This document shows, piece by piece, positions 28,611-40,043 of a stretch of 64,000 nucleotides of DNA. Made by a program: the position numbers and the translations under genes. Source of the DNA: Trichoplax sp. H2 (taxonomy: Eukaryota); contig NOWV01000003.1 in assembly GCA_003344405.1 (NCBI GenBank), positions 806,001-870,000 of the forward strand, given 5' to 3'. Each line of letters starts with the position of its first letter. The stretch's first letter is position 1. The notes under the pieces were generated by a model, which made no database searches, had not been told where the DNA came from, and saw only the letters and a program-made list of their open reading frames with translations.

Positions 28611-30280
28611 CATTTGTGAACTATAAACATATGATGCTATGTAGTCATGTAGTCATGTATTCGGGAGATATACTGAAAGTTAATTGCGCTATTCAATGAC
28701 CATGATATTAGCTATCTTTTGCTGGAATTCTTAACATTTCTAGTTACTATACTTAAGTGTATTGTAAATAAATAATATGTCAAATTTATTTTGCGAATAT
28801 TACATGTATATTGGATTAAATTGAAAATGGATATGATGATATTATCTATAGCAGCAATGAATAGCTGTTTAAATTTTTCTAGGAATAGCAGTAAAGCGAC
28901 GATACTTATCGTACATAATCATCGTTTCTTCTATTTCGAATCTAATTGTATGCTATACTGTAATGGACTACTTTAATAAATATAATATAAATATCCTGTC
29001 TAAAGTAGCTGCTTATTTATCTTTGATAATAAACTGATTTTCTACGGTGTTATCATCTTACATTCATAGCTATAGCATCTACAAGTGATAACATGGATGA
29101 TTCGTCTTAACTTTCTAATAATTGATTTTACTCAATAACTAAAATTAATACAACAATATTTATAGATATGGATGTCTACCGACTAATTCTAGATAATAAT
29201 TATATAGTAATATAATTCGAGATAACTGGACTATAGTATTTCAATTCGTATAATTTAATATTGATCAGAATTGTAATCACAGTGGATCGTGCAATCAACT
29301 AAATCTCCATTACTATGTACATGTATTAATATGACAGTGATAACGTAAAGTAAAAAGTACAAGTAGTATATGGTACCCGAAGTATCACGAGCGAAGGTTC
29401 GACTAGTACCTATTACGGTACAACATACAGTATAATTTACTGTAGCAAATTATAAATACAGTGATTCCTACTGCAAGTATTTTAATTGTAATTGTCATAT
29501 ACTGTAAGTTAATAATCGTTCATTAAATTAGAATTAGGCTTCCTATTTTTAATGATAGTTCGTACTGAGACAGGAGGCTAATTTTAAAATTTTTATCCGG
29601 TAAATTCTGTTAAATTAATACATTTAATAAAGTATAAGCGACTAGGAATTAATAAGGAGATGAGCCTATTACCGTAAACGATAATACTTATTTCCTAGTT
29701 CCAACCATCTTCATTTTGAAGATTTGATTATTTACTACATTTGTAATGACGCTTTGATAGGATTTACATTTAGAAAAAGCAACTGATAAGAATAAAACGT
29801 TCTTAAAGGACAATATGTAAGCCGACAGTTTCGAATTGTTGCTATATTACTGTAGCTCTTTCGTAAGGCTGCTGCTATGCAGTCGTACGCTTAAATACGT
29901 AATTATAAGGATTTCCCGTTTAAAGATTTCAATCTTTTCATGACACAGCAAGATAGGTATTTAAATACGTATTCGCTTTATTAATTACCTGATAGAATCG
30001 TAGTTAAACTATTTGTACTATTTGTACCATAAATACAGTTGACATTTGTGCGATGATGAAAATTTTCATTATTTTTCTATAGAAATCTCCCTATAAAAAC
30101 ATGACGCTTGTTATCGATTGATAGTCCGTGAGATTCACAAAGATAATATCAGCAAATTTAGCATTCGGTCATTGCTAGAATCTTATTTACAATATTCAGG
30201 CTAATCAGGCAGGCGGTGATGAATATTTTTTAGAATGTGCATAAGATACAATTTCTTAAGCTATTTAAAATTCTATGCTA

Positions 30281-31169
30281 TTAGAATCCAAGAAGCAGTA
30301 GCCATTTGGTAATAGGCTTTACATGTTTGCCTTTGATAATGATTTGGCTATTTACTTCATTTATTTGAATCTGTACATCTTCTCCCAATAAGCGCTTTAA
30401 ACCTTCTTTAACAGCCTTGAAAATATAAATGTAATGATATGATCAACAAGTATCTTCAAGCTAACTCATAAAGCACACGATACTTACATGTAAATCTCCT
30501 TCAATCTTTCTAATGATAGTCAGGTGTAAGGTGCGCCCTTTTCTAATCTCGCTATATACTGGGATATTATTCGTTTTGGAACGATTGATACGAAAGGGTA
30601 AAGGAGGAGGTGAATCTAGTAGAATGAAGTTACATGAGTTATGATATCAAGAAGGCTGTTTAAATCTCTAATTTTTAAGTGTGTAATGCAGTCATACTCT
30701 ACCTAGTGGAGGCATCCATCCACTTATGGAATCAATTTGGCGTAAAGGGATATGGGGATAAACATTGTAATTTATTTGATGATAAGCCTTTCGGTCACGT
30801 TTTTGGTCAGCTGGAGCCAGATTTTCAATTTGTCTAGACCACTGCAATGATATCAGTTTTCAGCATTAACATGTGCAGAACAGCAAACAATAACAATAAA
30901 AAATTGTATGGATAGGATAGCTTTCACATTATACCATACGAGTATTTGTCAGTATGCTCACGCTGTAAATAGCTCTTGCAAACTGCTGTACTGTACTGTG
31001 CTATAAAAAACATACAGCTAGATAACTTGTAGTTTATTTATTGTATGCTTTAGCAAGAAGTGATACCTTGCAATGGAAAAGCTTTATGTTTAGTGGTACT
31101 TACAATAGATCCATAAGCTAATAGACGAGTTCGTGAACGGCATAGCGACGAAGCTAAGATAGGGAGCAT
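30281..31169 (-). CDS. MRPL49: Mitochondrial ribosomal protein L49 (Img2 family), 5 exons
   Basis: MLPILASSLCRSRTRLLAYGSI/HSTVQQFAR.../...SGWMPPL/DSPPPLPFRINRSKTNNIPVYSEIRKGRTLHLTIIRKIEGDLH/...IQINEVNSQIIIKGKHVKPITKWLLLLGF*. Confidence 0.93.
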
Positions 31170-31347
31170 GGTGTAGCGGCAGCTTTTAGAGATCCGTCCG
31201 TGAATGAGCTTCAGCCTCCAAAGCCTCAAACTACTCAAACTAGTGTTGTACAGTACGCTTCAAACGATCAACGGACGCATTTAGTGTCGTACGATCTTGA
31301 AATTCTTGACCGAGCTGACAGTGGTAGTACTGTGACACTTATGTTGT

Positions 31348-31950
31348 TACAGCGCATGTGTTTTAATACTGTATGAAGGACTGAGAGGTTTCAGACGGAC
31401 GGATTATTTTAGATTAAATTAAATTAAATTAAATTAAATAGATTTAATGCGAAATGAGGCCCAATGTCACAGGACTGTACTGTACAGTACAGTACAGTAC
31501 AGTACGGACTACAGTGCATGTGTTTTAATACTGTATGACGGACTGAAAGGTCTCAGACGGGCGGATTATTTTACAGTAGATTAAAACACACGCGCTGTAG
31601 TTTGTACTGTACTGTACAATGTACATACTGTACAGTACTGTGACATTGGGCCTCATTTCGTCTTAAATCTACTTAATACTGTATGACGGACTGAAAGGTA
31701 TCGGACGGACGGATTATTTTAGATAGATTAAATAGATTTAAGACGAAATAGCGCCCAATGTCACAGTACAGTACAGACTACAGTACTGTACGTACAGTGC
31801 ATGTGTTTTAATACTGTACTGTACAGTATGACGGACTGAAAGGTCTCAGACGGACAGATTGTTTTAGATTAAATACTGTAGATTTAGATTTAAAACGAAA
31901 TGAGGCCCAATGTCACAGTACAGTACAGTACAGTACAGACTACAGTACAG
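31348..31950. repeat. Four-unit (about 140-160 bp) two-module tandem repeat with one inverted module and embedded CAGTA/CTGTA runs
   Basis: Module X (TACTGTATGACGGACTGAAAGGTCTCAGACGGACGGATTATTTTAGA) at 31367, 31529, 31677 and 31812. Module Y (TAGATTTAAGACGAAATGAGGCCCAATGTCACAG...CTACAGTGCATGTGTT) follows each X and is reverse-complemented at 31585-31672. Confidence 0.9.
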
Positions 31951-33380
31951 TATTTAGTATTTGAACCTCTAACTGTGCTGTACAGTGTACAGTGTACAGT
32001 GTATAGTACAGTACAGTAAGACTAAACGTGACTGGTGGGTTAACGGGGGCGCCATCGAAGTATCTTAGCGTTTGACTTTCTTTGAGCGGATTAATTCGTT
32101 GGCGCTTGAATCTATAGTTTATCGTATCCATCTGAACATAAAGATCCATTTTGTAAGTTGAAGAAGTAGAAATTAGTTTTATGTTGGCAATTAAAAGTAT
32201 TTGTAGTTTCGTTAAGACTTTATTTTTTAAGATTTTGGGTCTCAAATTTTATGATGATCGACAATGCGTGATAAATTTTCGTGTTTTCTTTGTATGTATG
32301 ATCAAGGAATAAAGATGTATCAAGTTGCTGTTTAGTTAGTTATTTAGTACAGTAGACTATCAGTAGCTAGTAGATCATGCATTCCACTAGTGAAACAGTA
32401 TTATTGATTATTGTAATTTTACGTATAGTTCAGCGCTGACCAGTTGATAAAAGGGAAGAAATTCTAAATTTGAGGGGTTATAATAGTGACATTCATTGAT
32501 GCTCGATTGTAATATCATTCAAGCTTGAGTTGCACATCACGATGGAGTAATCAGTCATTTATACGTTTGTGAAATACGGTCGAACTCTTTGTACGCATAG
32601 GAGTAATAAAATGACAAAATTTCCGTATAAATTAGAATTATTAGCTTAAGACGAAATGCTCGGTTTTACGGTAGTTTGCCGCTACATCTATACCTTAAAC
32701 ATAGCACTACGCTATAATAATTCATAATGGATTAATTATTAATAATTTGATGGTGAGAAATGTTGTAGCTGAATTTGTAATCACTACCACAGATTATCAT
32801 GTACAGATAGAATACGAATTTACTACCTGTGGTCATTAGAATTTTTAGTGAATACGAGCTCTAGGGCAGCCGCCTTGCTAGGCTCGCTTAGTCGCTTTTA
32901 TTATCGCTATTTATTTGGTGCAAAAGGGTCTAACTAACTAATAGCAAATAGCGCGAAATCCATGGATTGCCAAATGTTCCTTTAGTAATCCATGATTAGG
33001 TGCGCGGTTGGGTGTATCAATTATTAATTTTCTCACAGTCACTACGAAAATGTCGTGCGGGTTTATTAAATTACTTTTACTGCTATTGGTCATCCTAAAG
33101 TACTCAGCTATGCGTATATTAGTCAATGATACGGACTGTGATTTTTATTTGGAATCCCACATTTTAACCCGTATTAATGCACTGTAATATCAGAGATAGA
33201 GTAGTTAAAAACATTTGTATCATAATTATCAACCAGGCGGGGGGATTCTTAGTACTGTATAAAATTTTTCACTTTAATACACGGTGCTTTAAATATGTAA
33301 TCTGCTAACGACGTTAGAGTTCTTTATCTAATCTACCTTGCACATCTTGATAAAATTTCATAGTTAAACTTCGATCAAAA

Positions 33381-36300
33381 ATGGAAAATCAAGCAGATAT
33401 GCAAGTAGTAACTCAACAACAACAGCAACAGGATGAAGCTACAAATCCAACAGCAGATGGAAATGCGACTGCAGAGGATGAATTAGAAGCATATTGGAAA
33501 CCTGTTAGACAAAATTCAAGCGACTTCGATTCTTGGACGTACTTACTACAATATGTCGAGAAGAAGGTATGATAGGATCTTAAAATAACAACATGCCGAT
33601 ATTATAATAGCACTTTAGCAGATGATAATAACCGTGGATTTTACTATACTAAATGTAAAAATTAATTTCTATATGTATAGGAGGACTTTAGCTACATTTC
33701 TGGGGCTTATAACGAATTCTTTAAGCATTATCCCTACTGCTACGGATATTGGAAAAAATATGCCGAATTAGCCATTAAATACACTGATTCCAATCAAGTT
33801 TTACAGGTAATTATCGACATCTTCCTCATGTGTACATTTCAACTAATTAAATGGATCAGTAGATAATACCAAATATATCGTTAGAATATGCTTTGGTAAC
33901 TATTTTTGGTTGGTGACCGATCGTACTCGTAGCTTTTGCAGTTTTATATATCCTTAATGACAACGTTCGTAGGACAGTTACAGTTACTTTTTATGGAAGT
34001 AACCGCTGGAACAACCTTGGAAATAGTATCTTGTCGACAAAGTACAAAGAGAGCAAAAAGCTTAAAGTATTGCTTTGTGATACTTTGTCTTTCACTAGTT
34101 TCTACGCTATTAATCTAGATAAAAGTGCTAATTATGATATCGGTTACAAATGTGATGATTTATTCTTTCTGGTATATTATAATCAGATCTATGAAGCTGG
34201 CGTAAATGCTATCCCTTTGAGCATAGATTTATGGGAAAGCTATCTATCATTTTTCTCAAAATCTGTTGAAGAAAGTGGTGAAAATAGAATAGATGAAATT
34301 CGGGGGTAAGATTGAATATGTCGATTTTCTTTAAGTACTTACTCTTTATTTTTATTTTTTAAACAAGCTGATGATTGTTAGTATTACGTCATACAGCTTT
34401 GAGTTCGTATTTACCGTAGATAATGATCTAAAATTAACAGTTAGCAGGCTATGTTAATAAAAGAGCACAATATAGCTGTAAAAGTTAAAAAAGTCAACTA
34501 TATCTTGTCATGTAAAAAAGCTCGCCATTGATATTCGTTATACAAAATATCATCAACTCTCTTCAATCTCAGTTTAAAGGTAAACGAATTTGGTTACCTC
34601 TTTGTGTACATTAATATTTGTCATTCTCGTGGGCAACTGTAAAAAAAATCACCTATTGATGTAATTTATTAAGTATATAAATATTCGTTACACGATTAGT
34701 TTATACCAGCGGGCCATTGCAACGGCAGGATTGGAGTTTATTTCGGATGTTTTATGGAATTCTTATATTGCTTGGGAAAAAGGATCTGGATTACTGAAAA
34801 ATGTTATCCCTATATTCGATCAAATACTTAAAATCCCTACTCGACAATATGGCAGTTATATTTTAAGGTATGTATACTGAAAAGGATGTTAACCGTAAAT
34901 GGCTTCGTAATTGAAGAAATTTGATAAATATGTCCTTATTGAGATTTACACAATTTATGTCATTTAGTTTAACTGATTTTATCAACAACAACACGCCTGA
35001 AGATATCTTGTCAGAAGAAGATCTTGCAAGTATCCAATCTGAGATTGCCTCATCCGGTGATGCAGAGCAGGTGACACTATCAATATAGATAATTTGCTAA
35101 GTAGATTATTTATTAGTAACTTTTTTCAATTTATAATACCTTATATCATCTACTTATACTATTATTTATTTTCTAGCCAATTACTACAGAATCAGTACGG
35201 GCTTGGCTGATAAAACCTAGACAAGCTCTGTACAGCGCAAATGAAGAGGAAGTTAAGAAGCGTTGGGGATTCGAGGATAAGGTTCGAAATTCTTAATGCT
35301 AACATTCTTGTTCTGCTGCGAGATCACATAATTATTATTTCTGGTTTAGAATTTGTAAATACGCTTTCTTTTTTTCTCATAGATTAAAAGGCCTTATTTC
35401 CATGTTAAACCTTTGGAGCAAGATCAACTTAAAAACTGGAGGGAGTACTTAGACTTTGAAATTGAGCAAGGAGATCAGAATCGTATTCGTGTATTATTCG
35501 AACGTTGTTTGATCGCTTGTGCTTTATATGAAGAATTCTGGCTTAAGGTGGCTATCGAACATAGATTTTATACTATAGAAACTGGAGTGCATTACACTTG
35601 CAATACTAATTCTATTGATTTCCTTGACGAAACAGTATGCGAAATATATGGAAGATTGTAATCCTAAAAGTTCATTAGCTGTTTTTGAGAAAGCATGCAC
35701 GGTCCATTTGCCTCGAAAACATAGTATTCATATCGCTTGGGCTACTGCTGAAGAGAAATTTGGTTAGTAAAATTTATGTCTAAGGGTGATAATATGTCAT
35801 TCAGGTAAGAATTAATGTCATGCGGTTTATTCCCGTTTTTACTAGGCAATTTTGATCGAGCAGATGATATCTTGAAGACTTTATTAGACCGTGTGCCTGA
35901 TTTAGCTGTAGTTACTATGCATCGTATAAATTTAGCTCGCCGTCGTGGAAACGCTGATAATATCAATGGTTTATATTCAGATGCGATTTCTAATTCAAAA
36001 TCATCTCTTACGAGATCTCTTTATATTTCCCAGCTTTCTAAGTATCATCTCCAGGTACGCGATTGCTGTTATATGGTATGTCATTTGTTTTAAAATTCAA
36101 GTATTCTGACTGTAAACTTTGCATTTTAGGTGAGAGGTGATGTCAATGCGGCAAGGCAAACGTTAACGGAAGGGATTGAAAAGTGCAAGGCAAGTAGTAT
36201 TAGGATTTAAATTTAAGCTGTCATTGTTATGTTTACAATACTAAAAGTTAATTTGTGTTTCAGGAATCGGAAGCTTTGTATTGGCAATTACTCGATCTAG

Positions 36301-37010
36301 AATTATCACAACCAGGATGTGTTGATAAAACTCGCATTGAAGCTGTATTTTCTATAATATTTGCTAACGATGCTTTACCATCAACTTGTAAGGAAGAATT
36401 TTCTCGCATGAGATTAAACTTTTTGGAAGATTTCGAAACAGATATTGGAAGGTAAGCTGTGATTGATTCCGAGCTATGAGACCTTATGTGTAAACTTATA
36501 GTATCTATACCGGTTCGTAATTTTCAGAATAAAAGAAGCATATGAAAGTCATGAAACAACGTACAACGTTGACTTACCGAAGTATACGAATTCACGAAAA
36601 CGACCTTTAGAAGATGGGTAAGCTATTTCTTTAGCTTGACTAATCTAAATGAAGTAAATCTCTGCCATGACTAGTCGCTAAACCGTTATTTTGAATATAC
36701 TTTAGGCAATCAGATACTCAAGCCAAGCAACTAAAATCCGATAGTGCAGCAGATCCAAACGCTATTGCATCTGCTCCGACGACTCCAAATCCGATGGGAG
36801 TGCCGGATCCATCAATGTATTACCAACAACAGCAACAATGGGCTGCTTACGGACAAGTATACATTAATACATGTTGCGTAACGTGATATATAATCTAAGA
36901 TTTAGTTTCGGCGATAATTGCGCTAATGTTAAATTCTACGATTATAGGGGGGTTACGCGTACCCGCAACCAAATGCTTGGGGTGGTTATCAAGCCTTTCC
37001 TACGCAGTAA
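33381..37010 (+). CDS. PRPF39: Pre-mRNA processing factor 39 (HAT-repeat U1 snRNP protein)
   Basis: [85 protein letters not shown]; stop TAA 37008-37010. Confidence 0.96.
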
Positions 37011-38195
37011 TGATGTAGCACTGTAGTGTAGTACGTTTATGACAGAATATTCGTATATGACACTTGCACAGTGTAATTCTTCTACGTAGAATAGTTATTA
37101 ACAATGGTTTAAGCCTTACACTCTATTGTTAAGGTTGGACTGACATTTACTAAGTTCAGTAAGGCAGTGCTTAATTTTCATATTTTGCATTAAAACAACT
37201 GTAATATAGTACTTCGTGACAAAGAAATTCCCTATGTTTTTGAGATACAGTTCCTTTTCGAGAAATTCCAATTTTTTGTTTTCTTATATATTATAGCATC
37301 ATCACACTGATACTGGATAGTGGCCTAACACAAAATTAAAAAATGCTTACCTACCTAATTCTTAGATATTGCCTCTGTATTTGTATTTGCTAACAATTTT
37401 GGAAGCTTAATAAAGCTGGATAATGATGTTAGCGTCTTATACGTCGTCTATTTTCATAACGAGTCATTCTGAAGAGGGATATTGCATGATGAATACAAAT
37501 TGATTAAAAATTATCACGTTTTTAAGTTAGTAAACTTTATTGAAGTTTATGGAAATAATTATATTATTTTACTGGATCCAAAGTTGTAGAGATTCAGTAA
37601 TTATAACTTGACATGATTTCGTATGTCTACGTCTACTTAGAGTTAGAAAAATTTTTGATGATTGATACTCATAACGAAAAGAGATGAGTTCGATTATATT
37701 TACAGCAACACAAATTTTGATTCAGTAAGTTTAAATTATATTATTTATGAATTCGCTGTTATCATAATTTGAAACTTCAGATGTTACAAATGTTCTCTTT
37801 CGATGAATTTAAAGTGAGTAGAGCGATTGCAAATTTAAAAAAAATTGAAATTTTATTTAATTTGGTGAACGAACAAAGTATGTCGTTATCATGCGGTACT
37901 TGACTGAAACACTACAACAGAAATATCCTTTTATTAGGACTAGACTATATAATAAATATAAACCAATAGAATATCTTAATATCGCTTCGCTATACATCTT
38001 ACTTGTGTAAGCATGAAAATTTTTTAATGTATACCATGTACCTTATAATTATTAATGATTTTACGTAACTACATACACTACTCATATTATATTAAGAGTT
38101 GGCAGCATTATTTGATAGTATTGCTTGACCTCACATGACGATCACAAATTGCAATAACGGACTTAAACCTAAGTTGTAGCTACAGGAGATTCATA

Positions 38196-40043
38196 TTACA
38201 AAGAAGTACGTCTATTCTTTATTTTTCTCGTTATTACTTTATAAAGGCTTTTGGATAACGTGAATGAAAAATAGTGGCGGTTTGCCTGAATCCTTTTTAT
38301 AAGACTTAAAATCTCCAAAAATTTCGTGCTTGGCATTGCTGCCAAAAGTGTTTTGAAGTAACTCGGTAAAATTATCAACAAGATGTGGGTAGTAGGATAA
38401 CCGGAACTTACTATAGAAAGAAAATGTAAAAACGATATATTGGAGATTAATCACAGCTCGTAAGCATAGGAGGTGTAGCAAGACTACACTTCAGTAATAT
38501 AGTTCCAAAAGCTCTAGATCACAATACGTAAACGTATAAATCGTTTCTGATATTATTTTTACCTGTTGTCAGGCTCCTTCTTATCGCTTTGATAGGCCTC
38601 ACCGGCATCGCAGGCAGCATCCTCTGTAGCTATAATATAATCTAGGGTTACCATAGTAGGTTTTCCATTTACGTGCAGGACCGAGGTTTTAATATCTTTC
38701 AGATTTGAATCCTAGCGTAGAAAGGTGCATAGATTTTCACTGAATTATTTCTTAAGTAAGTCTTGAGCGTATATCTCTTTTGTTGCTGTTACTATAGTAA
38801 TATTTACTAAGGTTTAACTCTAGATTAATTTATCAATCAAGAAATTACTCTTTCATCAGTGCCGTAGATTATAATTATACTGTAGCGATACCTTGATTGT
38901 AAATTTACACATATACAAGTATGGTAAATGTTTAGTAAATTTGCTTAATGTAACTCAGCTATACAGCATATCACCATTTCATCCTATAATTTCACTCAAT
39001 GATCAAAAATCTGCGTAACTTTTCTTCTACTTACAATTCAATAGTTTTTAATAGGTATGTATGATGCACTATGTAAAAGTACTTAATCCATAGATACAGC
39101 ATATAATAACATATGCTAGTAATTGAGTCTCTTTTCGTAATAATTTTTAATACGATAAATGGATATGTTTCACAGAAGTTAAAAAAAACCGATAAATTAA
39201 TACAGAAAACTACCTTGCTGTTATAATAGATGTTCTTCTCTTGTGGTAATGTTCCTGATTTGATTATTTCATCGTAATTTCTATGATCTATTATTAGAAT
39301 TCCGCCAGGTTTAAGTATGTCATAAAAATTTGCTAAGGCTAACTTTTGATCTGCTTGATCGCCACGAAAATCTGGCAAATGAGGAAATGAATTGCCTAAA
39401 CAAAGTACAGCATCAAAACCGGAATTCGGAATCTCAATTTCTGATTGTGGTAAGGCCAACCAATTTCCTTCTTCAATAACTACAAATAAAATAAAAAAGT
39501 ATAAGAATACAATCGTATTTCATCATTTATTCCACACACACCGTATTCTACGATGCATAAACTGAGCGTATACCCCATTTATCGAAAGCTTCTTCTTTGC
39601 GCCTCTGCCATCGTGTTTTTAGTGCGTGTTTCAACATCTTGTCGCTAGCGTCAATACTCGTCACTGTAAAACCTTCTTCCAAAAGGACGATGGAATCAAT
39701 CCTATGTAATGAATACATTAATTAATTATTAACACAGTACCGCAAATTCTCTATAATTCGACGAATGTTACACTACAGTGCGATCGAAGCGATGATACGA
39801 TCCCAAATTCTTTTTTTAAGACTGAAATAATTCATACCCAGTACCGCATGCTACGTCAAGGACAGTGTCCGCTTCATAATGTTTTAATAAGTCTCTGAGC
39901 CAATGACGATAATTTGCAGTTCTTGTCGAAGTATCTCCTATGTATGACTGCCAGACCCGAGCAGCCTTACCGTCAGCATATTGATCTTTCAATCCTGTAG
40001 CACCTACACCTAATGATCTGGTACGATACACGCTATCAACCAT
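38196..40043 (-). CDS. GNMT: Glycine N-methyltransferase
   Basis: [100 protein letters not shown]. Confidence 0.97.

Noticed and set aside
29395..29403. tRNA gene or tRNA-derived SINE from the GGTTCGA B-box-like motif (also 42394)
   Set aside because: No cloverleaf, A box or acceptor stem is visible.
31348..31950. CRISPR-like repeat/spacer appearance
   Set aside because: Eukaryotic context, the 'spacers' are themselves repeated, units are too long, and there are no cas genes.
33807..34186. Poison exon or snoRNA in a PRPF39 intron
   Set aside because: Known for vertebrate PRPF39, but I could not define convincing exon boundaries or C/D boxes here.
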